Assembly: GCA_045106935.1 (NCBI GenBank)
Contig: JBGCFN010000018.1
Coordinates: 22,820 to 86,819, forward strand
DNA: 64,000 bases
Source: Gammaproteobacteria bacterium
GTDB lineage: Bacteria > Pseudomonadota > Gammaproteobacteria > UBA4575
Reading direction: 5' to 3'
Under the pieces are notes generated by a model. It was not told the origin of the DNA. It was given only the letters and a program-made list of their open reading frames with translations, and did no database searches. Positions 48,428-58,429 of this stretch are shown here, piece after piece. The translations under genes and the position numbers were made by a program. Position 1 is the stretch's first letter. Every line of letters starts with the position of its first letter.

Positions 48428-48478
48428 AGCAAGGTATTTTCATGATAGTAGTGAGCGCACAATAACGTCTAAAATTAT

Positions 48479-49690
48479 TTAACGAGATGTGACGATATCC
48501 CCATGGCGCACTGGACGATTAGCATCAAGAATGAATAAATAGCTTAGATTGTTAAATACACGAAAGACAATGGCCTCGGCTGTACGGTCATTTGGTAACG
48601 TCAGGCTCTCTTCTTGACCTTCTCTCGCATAAGGATCATTGGCTATCTCACCCGCGCGATTAATTGCCAGTAGATGGCCTTTTTCAACCCCGTGCTTTTC
48701 ACCTAGATTCGTGGCAACCACTTGGTAAGCGCCCACTTGTGAGATGGCGTCGTAAAGATAAATGATTTGACCATTTAGCTCTTGCTCAGGGCTGCGAGGG
48801 TAAAATGCACTGTTGGCATCAATGCTGTCGATTTCTATTATGCGGTCACCACGGAGAATTTCCCGATTTGCATCAGTGATAAACAGTGATGCTGGCTCAC
48901 CGCCTTGAGTGATTTTTCCATCGCCGACGTGAATCGCTTCATAGCCTAATAATTCATTAGAAACGGGGTCTCTAAATTCATCGCCAGGACGGTAAACGTT
49001 ATAGGCGCTGTCAATATTTAAGTCAGCAGCATTTCGAACATAAACAAGATCATTGGATCCATACACAAGTCTGCCGTCTCTAGAGGCAACAATGTGAGGC
49101 GATGTTTCTAATTCATCCAGACCAACTATGAGTGGGCGAGTTAAAAATTGTTCAATTACCTGAATAGGGATTACTTTTTGTGAAGCCTCGATGGGCTCTC
49201 CTCGCATTATCGGTGATAAGCGCTCAATTCCAGAGACCCGATTATCTCCATTCACCGTCATGTAAGGCTTGCCGCCCACATAAAATACGTTAACGATGTC
49301 ACCTGGGTAAATTAGATGGGGATTTTGAACCTGTGGGTTCATGTACCAAATTTCTGGCCAATACCAAGGTTGATTGAGAAACTTATTAGAGATATCCCAT
49401 AGGGTATCGCCCTTTTGCACAATATATTGCTCTGGGGCTGAAGATTTTAGTGTCGCTTGGTTCTGCTCAGGTGAAGTAGGTAAGTTGTCTACTTCGACGT
49501 CAGCATTATCTACCTCATAAACAGTGGTCGTTGGTTTTTCCTCTTCCATGGCCATCGTTTCTTTAGCCATACTATCTGCTGAATCAGCACTGTCAGCTTC
49601 ATTCGGCGTCACACTGCATCCAGAAGATATAAGCAGTAAGCCTAGTACAAGAGGGGATAATTGATAAATTCTATTAAGATTTTTGCGCAT
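48479..49690 (-). CDS. LysM peptidoglycan-binding protein (TsaP-like), possible lipoprotein
   Basis: YIVQKGDTLWDIS..FL..PWYWPEIW..NPQV.NPHLIYPGD; ISSGC lipobox-like motif; conserved position between def and dprA. Confidence 0.85.
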   Translation of the reverse strand: MRKNLNRIYQLSPLVLGLLLISSGCSVTPNEADSADSADSMAKETMAMEEEKPTTTVYEVDNADVEVDNLPTSPEQNQATLKSSAPEQYIVQKGDTLWDISNKFLNQPWYWPEIWYMNPQVQNPHLIYPGDIVNVFYVGGKPYMTVNGDNRVSGIERLSPIMRGEPIEASQKVIPIQVIEQFLTRPLIVGLDELETSPHIVASRDGRLVYGSNDLVYVRNAADLNIDSAYNVYRPGDEFRDPVSNELLGYEAIHVGDGKITQGGEPASLFITDANREILRGDRIIEIDSIDANSAFYPRSPEQELNGQIIYLYDAISQVGAYQVVATNLGEKHGVEKGHLLAINRAGEIANDPYAREGQEESLTLPNDRTAEAIVFRVFNNLSYLFILDANRPVRHGDIVTSR

Positions 49691-49796
49691 TGGACTTTAC
49701 GATGGTTTAAAATATTAGCGTTAATAAGATCTGAATTGTAGACCTAAGAAATTTATATAACAAAGTGAAACTTGTTTAATCAACTTTAATAACTCA

Positions 49797-50333
49797 ATGG
49801 CACTGCTTGAAATATTACACTTTCCTGACCCACGATTAAGGTTAAAAGCGCACCCAGTTACTCAGGTGGACGATCAAGTGCGACAAATGGTGAAGGATAT
49901 GTTCGAAACCATGTATAAAGCCCCTGGAATAGGCTTAGCAGCGACACAGGTAAACATTCAGCTGGAAGTCATAGTCATTGATGTGTCTGAGAATAAAGAC
50001 CAGCCATTGTGTCTAATCAACCCTAAAATCATTGAATCAGATGGGACAGAAGAGATGCAAGAAGGGTGTTTGTCTGTCCCCGGCTTCTATGAAAATGTTA
50101 CACGTGCAGAAAAGGTTAAAATTCAAGCACTTAATGAGAATGGTGAGTCATTTGAACTCGAGGCAGATGATCTGCTTGCGGTCTGTATTCAACACGAAAT
50201 GGATCATTTGCAAGGGAAATTATTTGTCGATTATCTTTCGCCCCTTAAGAGACAACGCATCAAGAAAAAGTTAGTCAAACTGGAAAAGTCAGGTGAACTA
50301 ACAAATTCTAAGCCGTCGTCTAACGCTATTTAA
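49797..50333 (+). CDS. def: Peptide deformylase
   Basis: [21 protein letters not shown]. Confidence 0.98.
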   Translation: MALLEILHFPDPRLRLKAHPVTQVDDQVRQMVKDMFETMYKAPGIGLAATQVNIQLEVIVIDVSENKDQPLCLINPKIIESDGTEEMQEGCLSVPGFYENVTRAEKVKIQALNENGESFELEADDLLAVCIQHEMDHLQGKLFVDYLSPLKRQRIKKKLVKLEKSGELTNSKPSSNAI

Positions 50334-50369
50334 CCCTACCGTTACCAACTCACAGTTAAGACAATAATC

Positions 50370-51326
50370 ATGCGACCTTTACGCATAGCTTATGCTGGCA
50401 CACCCGAGTTTGCTGTTCCCGCACTGCGCGCCATTATGACGAGTGAACACCACTTGTTAGCTGTTCTTACTCAGCCTGATCGAAAGTCTGGGCGCGGCCG
50501 TAAAATCTCAGAAAGTGCTGTAAAGCAATCGATAACTTCGTCAAACGTGCGTATATTTCAGCCAGAAAACGTTAATGATAATGAGTCAATTTCAATCTTA
50601 AAAGAGCTTAATTTAGACTTATTGATCGTGGCTGCTTATGGTCAGTTATTTTCTCAAGAGTTACTTAATTTACCCAAACTAGGATGCATTAATATTCATG
50701 CATCTTTACTGCCTAGGTGGCGCGGAGCATCGCCCATACAGCACGCAATCTTATCCGGAGACAATGCGAGTGGGGTCAGTATTATGCAAATGCAGCGGGC
50801 AATGGATGCTGGAGATATATGGTTGCAGTCAGCATGTGAGATTACGCATGACGATACCTCTCAAACCCTTCATGACAAGTTAGCATCATTGGGTGGGAGA
50901 CATATACTTGAAGCGATCGACTTAGTTGCCAACGGTAAAAATCAACCGAAGGAGCAAGATCCAACAAAAGCAACATATTGCTCAAAGCTAAAAAAGAGTG
51001 ACGGTTTAATTGAGTGGAGTGAGTCTGCCCCACAAATTTTACGCCAGGTTAGGGCTTTCCACCCTTGGCCAGGCGCGTATACACATTTCAATGGACGCAG
51101 AATACGCCTTACAAAGGCTTTACTAAGCAATTCAAGCGCACAGGGCTCTCTGCCAGGGTCAGTGATCGAGATATCAAAATCAGGCATCACAGTTTCGACA
51201 GGTGAAAAATCACTCGTAATCTGTGAGCTAATTCCGGAAGGGGGAAAATGTGTCTCAGCGAGTGATTTCTCTAATTCAAATGCCTTGGAAAACCAGGTAT
51301 TTGGTGACTCCATCAATCATGTCTAA
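50370..51326 (+). CDS. fmt: Methionyl-tRNA formyltransferase
   Basis: GTPEFA, TQPDR..GRG, NIHASLLPRWRGASPI. Confidence 0.97.
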   Translation: MRPLRIAYAGTPEFAVPALRAIMTSEHHLLAVLTQPDRKSGRGRKISESAVKQSITSSNVRIFQPENVNDNESISILKELNLDLLIVAAYGQLFSQELLNLPKLGCINIHASLLPRWRGASPIQHAILSGDNASGVSIMQMQRAMDAGDIWLQSACEITHDDTSQTLHDKLASLGGRHILEAIDLVANGKNQPKEQDPTKATYCSKLKKSDGLIEWSESAPQILRQVRAFHPWPGAYTHFNGRRIRLTKALLSNSSAQGSLPGSVIEISKSGITVSTGEKSLVICELIPEGGKCVSASDFSNSNALENQVFGDSINHV

Positions 51327-51365
51327 ATTGTATATTTTTGCCTATTATTCAAGACACTAGTGCAG

Positions 51366-51409
51366 AATTTTGGCAAGATAGAGAATAAATTTAGGCAAGA
51401 TAAAAAATA
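51366..51409. repeat. Imperfect 22-bp tandem direct repeat
   Basis: AATTTTGGCAAGATAGAGAATA followed by AATTTAGGCAAGATAAAAAATA (19/22 identical), ending at the DUF4390 ATG. Confidence 0.75.
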
Positions 51410-51967
51410 ATGCGCCTACCAAGTTCTCTAAGTTTTCTCTTTATTATTGCATCGATATTGTTTCCTCACATGGCGTGCTCGGATAAAGGGATTACTGTGA
51501 GTAAACTATCTTCAAATGTGACCGAGAAAAAAATTAGAGTCGATTGCAACGTTGACTATGGTTTAGATGAGCGTGTTAAACAGGCATTAAGAAATGGCAT
51601 CGAGATGACATTTTTATTGGATGTCGAGCTGCGACAAAAAAGTCCCTATTGGAAAGGCCCATTAATTAGCCAGTTAAACAAAGGCTTTCGAGTGAAGTAC
51701 CACGCCTTAACGAAACAGTTCGTCATGGTAGATATGGGTGACCAAAAAGAATTTAGTTTTCCTGATTTATATTCTGCGTTTTATTATCAACGCAGAATTC
51801 GTAACGCTGAAATAGCTACCTTAGATTCACTAGACTTAGATCAAGATTATTATATTAGAGCACGTGCACGATTAGCCTCAGAAAAATTACCATTGCCTTT
51901 ACGCATTAAAAGTTATATCTCTTCAAACTGGCGACCATCAAGCGGATGGACAGTATGGCCAATGTAA
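51410..51967 (+). CDS. DUF4390-like periplasmic protein
   Basis: Signal peptide; AL.NGI, YHALTKQF, LPLPLRI...ISSNW...SGW; directly upstream of an NtrY-like kinase. Confidence 0.75.
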   Translation: MRLPSSLSFLFIIASILFPHMACSDKGITVSKLSSNVTEKKIRVDCNVDYGLDERVKQALRNGIEMTFLLDVELRQKSPYWKGPLISQLNKGFRVKYHALTKQFVMVDMGDQKEFSFPDLYSAFYYQRRIRNAEIATLDSLDLDQDYYIRARARLASEKLPLPLRIKSYISSNWRPSSGWTVWPM

Positions 51968-54168
51968 GGAAAGTCTTAGTTCGAGAACGATGGTTATTAG
52001 CCATAATGTTTACAGCGCTAGTGGCCGCTATTTTATTAATGGCAGATGCAACACAAAGTGTGACCTATTTTGGGCGATTACATAATTGGTTGTTACCCAT
52101 AAACACGGCATTATTAGCCGTATTTATTGCGCTAATTATTTATAACATTGGTCGATTAATGGGGCGCCTAAAGCGTCAAGCCCCAGGTGCAAAATTAACA
52201 CTACGATTAGTTTTATTATTTGTACTCACAGCAAGTATGCCTGTCTTTATCGTGTATACATTCTCAATCTGGTTATTAGAGCGAGGTGTTGATAGTTGGT
52301 TTGATGTAAAGGTAGAAAATGCATTGCAAGATGCAGTTGATTTAAGTCGATCCTCTTTAGATCTGCATATAAGAACATTAAGACAACAAGCAGACCCTTT
52401 GGTATCCGAATTCATTGACGCAGAATCATTTAATGCAACATTGTTAATAAACGATCTTCTTGGAAGCACAGGTGCGGCTGAAATTGCATTGTTTGATTCT
52501 AATAATCGTATTATTGCATCAGGCAATGCTGAGCCAAGTGCGGCAGTACCTCAATTGCCAGCAGAAAGTGTATTGCAACTTGTACTCCAAGGTGAAAGCT
52601 ATGTGACGCTTGATCCGACAACAAATGATGGACTGCAAATTAGAATGGTCTATCCGGTTCCCTCGGATTCTCCCGCAGGAGAAACTCGCTTGCTGCAGTT
52701 TTTATATCCAGTGTCTGATCGGATAGGAGACTTAGCGGCGAACGTTCAAGGGGCTTTTGGACAATACAATGAATTAATTTATTTACGCACACCATTAAAG
52801 CAAAATTTCATTTTAGTCTTAACGCTTGTACTGGCGCTCGGTGCATTGTTTGCTGTTTTTGCTGCATTTTATTGGTCACGTGTTTTGGTAGCACCCATAC
52901 AAGAGTTGGCTGAAGGTACTAAAGCTGTAGCTGCTGGGCAATATCATAAAAAATTACCTGTTAGACAACACGATGATTTGGGAATGTTAGTTGCCTCGTT
53001 TAATAGAATGACTGAAAGGCTATCTGTCGCACGTGATACCACCATTATCAATCAGCGGATTATTGAAAATCAACGTACTTACCTACAAACAATTCTAGAA
53101 CATTTATCGTCAGGGGTATTGAGCTTAGATAGTTCATTTGCATTGAAAACAACAAACGCAGCAGCCAGTGAAATATTTCATGTCAATATGAACCAATTTA
53201 TAGGTAAACAATTTGTTCAGATAGGTACAACCCATGAGTTTCTGAAAGATTTTTGCACGTTAGTCGCGAGTAAAATAAGAGAGCCATCAGAAGAATGGCA
53301 GGTGGAGATGGAAGTGTTTACCCCGCAAGGACGAAAAACAATTCTGTGCAAGACGGTCAAACTACCAAACGAAGAAGAATCTCAGCGAGGGTGTGTTCTA
53401 GTATTTGATGATGTGACAACTTTATTGCAAGCGCAAAGAGATTCAGCATGGGGGGAAGTTGCCCGTCGATTAGCACATGAAATCAAAAATCCATTAACAC
53501 CAATTCAATTGTCGGCAGAACGGCTACGCAGAAAGTTATTACCAAATTTAGCTGCTGAACAATCTGAAATTGTCGATCGTGCGACTCATACTATCGTTCA
53601 ACAAGTGGAATCGATGAAGTTAATGGTTAATGATTTTTCTGATTACGCACGTATGCCTACGATGGAACCCACAGCATTGGATTTAAATAGCTTAGTGTTG
53701 GATACCGTTGAGTTGTATAAAGGTGACCAGAAAAGTGTCAGTATAAATTTAAATCTAGATTCAAACTCACTCAATATTCGAGGAGATTCAGTTCGATTAC
53801 GTCAAGTAATACATAATCTAATTAAAAATGCGATCGAATCAATGCCCGAAGGTAAAAAATGTATTTTAACAATCAATACATTTCCGTTTGAATTTACTAA
53901 TGCGAGATATGCTGGGATCGAGATTGCCGATAATGGTCCAGGATTTCCAAGCGATGTTTTAGGTAGGGCCTTTGATCCTTATATGACAACCAAGCCAAAA
54001 GGTAATGGATTAGGTTTGGCGATAGTTAAAAAAATAATAGAAGAGCACAATGGTGTTATTAGGGCTACAAATCAAAAACAGGGTGGCGCTGCTATAAACA
54101 TACGTTTCCCCTTGTATGAATACGGCCTTAAAAAAGGCAGAGAAACAATGCGAGTAGAAACAAAATGA
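51946..54168 (+). CDS. NtrY-like sensor histidine kinase (TM, HAMP, PAS, HisKA, HATPase)
   Basis: AWGEVARRLAHEIKNPLTPIQLSAERL, NLIKNA, DNGPG, TTKPKGNGLGL. The start may be ATG 51955. Confidence 0.92.
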   Translation: MDSMANVRKVLVRERWLLAIMFTALVAAILLMADATQSVTYFGRLHNWLLPINTALLAVFIALIIYNIGRLMGRLKRQAPGAKLTLRLVLLFVLTASMPVFIVYTFSIWLLERGVDSWFDVKVENALQDAVDLSRSSLDLHIRTLRQQADPLVSEFIDAESFNATLLINDLLGSTGAAEIALFDSNNRIIASGNAEPSAAVPQLPAESVLQLVLQGESYVTLDPTTNDGLQIRMVYPVPSDSPAGETRLLQFLYPVSDRIGDLAANVQGAFGQYNELIYLRTPLKQNFILVLTLVLALGALFAVFAAFYWSRVLVAPIQELAEGTKAVAAGQYHKKLPVRQHDDLGMLVASFNRMTERLSVARDTTIINQRIIENQRTYLQTILEHLSSGVLSLDSSFALKTTNAAASEIFHVNMNQFIGKQFVQIGTTHEFLKDFCTLVASKIREPSEEWQVEMEVFTPQGRKTILCKTVKLPNEEESQRGCVLVFDDVTTLLQAQRDSAWGEVARRLAHEIKNPLTPIQLSAERLRRKLLPNLAAEQSEIVDRATHTIVQQVESMKLMVNDFSDYARMPTMEPTALDLNSLVLDTVELYKGDQKSVSINLNLDSNSLNIRGDSVRLRQVIHNLIKNAIESMPEGKKCILTINTFPFEFTNARYAGIEIADNGPGFPSDVLGRAFDPYMTTKPKGNGLGLAIVKKIIEEHNGVIRATNQKQGGAAINIRFPLYEYGLKKGRETMRVETK

Positions 54169-55502
54169 ATGCTGAAAGAATACTAGTAGTTGATGATGAG
54201 CCAGATATTTGTGGTTTAGTCAGTGACATATTAACGGATGAGGGTTATCACGTTAATGCTGCTGAAACGGCTGCAAGTGCTCGCCTACAAATTACCCAGT
54301 CTGTCTACGACCTTGTGTTATTAGATATTTGGATGCCAGATGAAGACGGCATTACATTATTAAAAGATTGGAAAGAGAACAAAGTATTACAGTGTCCAGT
54401 AGTGATGATGTCAGGCCATGGAACAGTTGAAACGGCGGTAGAGGCAACTCGACTGGGTGCATATGCATTTGTAGAAAAGCCATTGACGACGGCAAAACTT
54501 ATACAAACAATTCGCAAAGCATTAGATAGCCGAAATGAAAAAGAGGATGTAAACACACTTGCAAGAAATGTAAATAAAAACTTTGTGACACCAGTAGGCA
54601 CCAGCCCTGTCATGAAAAAATTATTTGAAATAACTGAGCGCTGTGCACAGGTGAACACAAACTTGCTTGTTTCAGGAGAAGAAGGTGCAGGTCGGTATAC
54701 GATTGCACGATACATTCATGAAAAAAGCGACCGTGCAGGTCACCCATTTGTCGTGGTTAGCAACGAACAATTTGATATGGCTAGAGTGGATGAGTCAACC
54801 TGGTCTAAACTTAAAACAGAATTGATTGATTCAATAAAATTTGCCCAGAACGGCACCATATTTTTTGAGAATATCGACCAAATAACTCAAGTGGTACAGA
54901 AAAGGTTTGTTGATCTGTTGCACCAGCTATCAGCCGTGCAGGTATTTAAACGATTTAACGTCAAAGTTGTTGCATCAATCACTGCAGACTCATCAACAAT
55001 ATTAAATGAGCTACAAACTACCTTATCTATGACCCGTATAAGTGTCCCCGCACTAAGAAATCATAGTGAAGATATCCCTGAGTTAGTGAATCTTGTCATT
55101 GATAATCTATGTGCGTCAGATAATTACGCCTATCGTAAATGCTCAATTGCTGCCCAAAATGCATTTTTGCATTATCAATGGCCGCGTAATATCGCAGAAT
55201 TAAAAGCGCTAATTCAAGAACTGCTGGTGACTGGCGGAGACGAGGAAATAAGCGTCGAGGATGTTAAACGGGCGCTAGCAAGCAGGGCGACAGAAGTTGA
55301 GAACAAAGCAACAATTGTAGAAAGTCTGTTAGATATGCCATTAAGAGAGGCGCGAGAGGCATTTGAAAAACAATATTTATTGCATCAGTTAAAAAGGGTT
55401 GATGGGAGTGTCAGTAAACTCGCAGAATTAGTTGGTATGGAGAGAACGCATCTATATCGAAAACTACGTTCCTTAGGTATCGGTTCAAAAGATTCAAGTT
55501 AA
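54165..55502 (+). CDS. NtrX-like response regulator (REC, degenerate AAA+, Fis HTH)
   Basis: VVDDE, LLDIWMPD, MSGHG..ETAV, C-terminal GMERTHLYRKL; overlaps the kinase stop (ATGA). Confidence 0.9.
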   Translation: MNAERILVVDDEPDICGLVSDILTDEGYHVNAAETAASARLQITQSVYDLVLLDIWMPDEDGITLLKDWKENKVLQCPVVMMSGHGTVETAVEATRLGAYAFVEKPLTTAKLIQTIRKALDSRNEKEDVNTLARNVNKNFVTPVGTSPVMKKLFEITERCAQVNTNLLVSGEEGAGRYTIARYIHEKSDRAGHPFVVVSNEQFDMARVDESTWSKLKTELIDSIKFAQNGTIFFENIDQITQVVQKRFVDLLHQLSAVQVFKRFNVKVVASITADSSTILNELQTTLSMTRISVPALRNHSEDIPELVNLVIDNLCASDNYAYRKCSIAAQNAFLHYQWPRNIAELKALIQELLVTGGDEEISVEDVKRALASRATEVENKATIVESLLDMPLREAREAFEKQYLLHQLKRVDGSVSKLAELVGMERTHLYRKLRSLGIGSKDSS

Positions 55503-55562
55503 CGGTGTTTGTTAGCCAGGAATGAAGTTACAATTCGAGCCAAATTCGACTACGTATTTACA

Positions 55563-56936
55563 ATGAAAATAATAATTCTGGGTGCAGGGCAAGTTGGAGG
55601 ATCATTGGCATTAAGTTTGGCCAATGAGTCTAATGATATTACCTTGGTTGATAGTAACCCTAAAGTATTGAGAGAAATTCAAGATCGTGCTGATTTGCAG
55701 ACGATTACTGGGCACGCCTCGTATCCAAGTATTCTTGAACAGGCCGGTGCTCGTGATGCAAATATGATTGTCGCATTAACCAATAGTGACGAGACAAATA
55801 TGGTTGCATGCCAAGTCGCTTACACTTTATTTCATACGCCAACAAAAATCGCACGTGTTCGTACTGCCGATTACTTGGATTATCAAGATCTGTTTGTGCA
55901 AGAAGCACTTCCAGTTGATGTATTAATTAGCCCAGAGTTGCTTGTATCAAGATATGTACAAAACTTGATAGAACATCCAGGTGCATTGCAGGTGCTCAAT
56001 TTTGCGAATGGCAAAGTACAGTTAGTGGCAATAAAAGTTAATGATAACAGTCAAATTGTCGGTAAAACGGTTAGTAAGATATTCGACGGCATGAAAACAA
56101 TGGAAACGTCGATTGTAGCTATGTATCGTGATGAGGAAGTGCTCAACATTGATGGCAATACGACTATTCGAGCAGGAGATGATTTATTTTTTGTCGCATC
56201 AACAGCACAGGCAAAAAATGTAACGACAATGTTACAGGGCTTAGATAAGCCTAATAGACGAGTCCTAATTGCTGGCGGCGGAAATATAGGGTCACAACTT
56301 GCAGAAATATTGGAACCACATTTTAGAGTAAAACTGATTGAACGAGACCCAGATCGTGCGAGAGTATTGTCAGAGACATTAGATAAAACGATTGTCTTGT
56401 ATGGGGATGCCGCGGATGAAAATATGTTGGTCGATGAAAACATTGATAGTGTCGATGTGTTTTGTGCGCTTACCAATGATGATGAAGCAAATATATTATC
56501 GGCAATGCTTGCAAAACGATTAGGGGCAAGGAAAACAATGTCATTAATTAACAGGCCAAGTTATGTTGAGCTTGTAGAGAGTGGCATGATTGATATCGCC
56601 ATTTCACCACAACAAGTCACAATTGGTGCATTGTTAGCTCATATTCGTCGTGGTGATGTAGTCGCTGTCCATTCATTGCGTAAAGGGTCTGCTGAAGCAA
56701 TTGAAGCGGTTGCACATGGTGACGCCAATACGTCTAAAGTTGTTGGACGAAAAATATCAGAATTAAAATTGCCACGTGGAGCAGCAGTGGGTGCAATTGT
56801 ACGTGATGACGAAGTATTGATTTCAAAACCAGAATTAACTATAGAACCTGAAGATCATGTCATTATGTTTTTGGCAGACAAACATAAAGTTAGTGACGTT
56901 GAAAAAATGTTTCAGGTAAGTGCAACTTTTGTTTAG
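55563..56936 (+). CDS. trkA: Trk potassium uptake NAD-binding subunit
   Basis: MKIIILGAGQVG and second RCK motif IAGGGNIG. Start placed at ATG 55563. Confidence 0.96.
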   Translation: MKIIILGAGQVGGSLALSLANESNDITLVDSNPKVLREIQDRADLQTITGHASYPSILEQAGARDANMIVALTNSDETNMVACQVAYTLFHTPTKIARVRTADYLDYQDLFVQEALPVDVLISPELLVSRYVQNLIEHPGALQVLNFANGKVQLVAIKVNDNSQIVGKTVSKIFDGMKTMETSIVAMYRDEEVLNIDGNTTIRAGDDLFFVASTAQAKNVTTMLQGLDKPNRRVLIAGGGNIGSQLAEILEPHFRVKLIERDPDRARVLSETLDKTIVLYGDAADENMLVDENIDSVDVFCALTNDDEANILSAMLAKRLGARKTMSLINRPSYVELVESGMIDIAISPQQVTIGALLAHIRRGDVVAVHSLRKGSAEAIEAVAHGDANTSKVVGRKISELKLPRGAAVGAIVRDDEVLISKPELTIEPEDHVIMFLADKHKVSDVEKMFQVSATFV

Positions 56937-56968
56937 AGACAACTTATATATAGGCATTACAGACTAGT

Positions 56969-58423
56969 ATGCAACGTACAGTCATTCAGCGAATATTAGG
57001 TCAGTTACTTATGGTGTTTAGCGTCACCATGCTTCCACCATTATTAGTAGGCATTTATTATGGCGAGACTGATGCCTTTAACAGTTTTGGCAACGCATTC
57101 CTTGCTACCTTATTGACAGGATTCTTATTATGGCTGCCTTACCATAAACATCATGGCGATTTGCGATTACGCGACGGCTTTATCATTGTTGTTTTATTTT
57201 GGACGGTGTTAGGAGTATTTGGTGCACTACCACTACTGTTGTCCGACGCAGTGCATATTTCAATTATTGATAGTCTATTTGAATCTATCTCTGGTTTAAC
57301 AACCACGGGTGCGACGGTGTTAAGCCAATTAGATACTCTGCCTCATTCAATCTTATTCTACAGGCAACAACTACAATGGTTAGGTGGAATGGGAATTATA
57401 GTGTTGGCGGTGGCTATCCTGCCGATGTTGGGGGTTGGGGGGATGCAGCTATATCGCGCAGAAACGCCAGGCCCAGTGAAGGATAGTAAGCTGACACCAA
57501 GAATTACCGAAACTGCAAAAGCACTTTGGTACATCTATCTGTCATTAACAATCCTATGTGCGCTGACCTACTGGTTTGCAGGGATGAATTTGTTTGATGC
57601 GGTCAGCCATAGCTTCTCAACGATAGCCATCGGTGGATTTTCGACACATGACCTTAATATCCAATACTTCGATAGTGCGACGATAGAATGGGCCGCAATT
57701 ATTTTCATGCTTATCGCAGGAGCTAATTTTGGGTTGCACTTTGTGGTTTGGCGCAACCGCTCTATGTTGTATTACTGGCGTGACGCTGAATTCAAAATGT
57801 ATATTTCAACATTAGCGATCGTTAGTGTGGTTGCATTTGCAGTGTTGTATATGCACCAGTCAAATCAAGCGTGGTTCGCCTTAGCAACAAAATCAATTTT
57901 CCAAGTTGTTTCCATGGGTACGACGACCGGATTTACGTCAGAGAGTTTTTATCTCTGGCCGACAGTACTTCCCGTACTATTAATAATGATTAGTTTTATT
58001 GGAGGGTGTGCTGGCTCTACTGGTGGAGGAATGAAGGTCATACGGATATTACTGTTATTTAAACAGGGAATGCGTGAGATTATGCGCTTAATACACCCCA
58101 ATGCTCAGTTTGCGGTAAAGCTAGGCAAAAAACCCGTTGATAATCGAGTGATGGAAGCAGTATGGGGATTTTTATCAGCATATATTGCTGTATTTATCGT
58201 TATGCTATTGCTGCTAATGGCAACAGGCATCGATCAGGTAACCGCATACTCAGCTGTGGCGGCGACACTGAACAACTTAGGCCCAGGTCTAGGAGACGTG
58301 GCTCAAAATTATTCGAGTATCAACGGGTTTAGTAAAATAGTCCTATGTTTAGGTATGTTGTTAGGCCGTCTTGAAATCTTTACATTGCTAGTTATATTTA
58401 CACCTGTATTCTGGCAGCGTTAA
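56969..58423 (+). CDS. trkH: Trk potassium uptake membrane subunit
   Basis: ESISGLTTTG, QWLGGMG, GGCAGSTGGG.K, NNLGPG, GRLEIF. Confidence 0.97.
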   Translation: MQRTVIQRILGQLLMVFSVTMLPPLLVGIYYGETDAFNSFGNAFLATLLTGFLLWLPYHKHHGDLRLRDGFIIVVLFWTVLGVFGALPLLLSDAVHISIIDSLFESISGLTTTGATVLSQLDTLPHSILFYRQQLQWLGGMGIIVLAVAILPMLGVGGMQLYRAETPGPVKDSKLTPRITETAKALWYIYLSLTILCALTYWFAGMNLFDAVSHSFSTIAIGGFSTHDLNIQYFDSATIEWAAIIFMLIAGANFGLHFVVWRNRSMLYYWRDAEFKMYISTLAIVSVVAFAVLYMHQSNQAWFALATKSIFQVVSMGTTTGFTSESFYLWPTVLPVLLIMISFIGGCAGSTGGGMKVIRILLLFKQGMREIMRLIHPNAQFAVKLGKKPVDNRVMEAVWGFLSAYIAVFIVMLLLLMATGIDQVTAYSAVAATLNNLGPGLGDVAQNYSSINGFSKIVLCLGMLLGRLEIFTLLVIFTPVFWQR

Positions 58424-58429
58424 ATTTGC

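Noticed and set aside
49575-49600. ADSADSADS micro-repeat in the LysM protein N-terminus
   Set aside because: Low-complexity linker; the codons differ, so it is not a DNA-level tandem repeat or phase-variation tract.
50096-50111. parS-like TGTTACACGTGCAGAA in def (similar weak matches near 45016, 56768, 25512 and 24669)
   Set aside because: Three or more mismatches with one arm broken; compatible with chance around a CACGTG core.
51371-51390. TGGCA as a possible sigma54 -24 element upstream of DUF4390
   Set aside because: No TTGC at the -12 position, and the adjacent regulator lacks GAFTGA.
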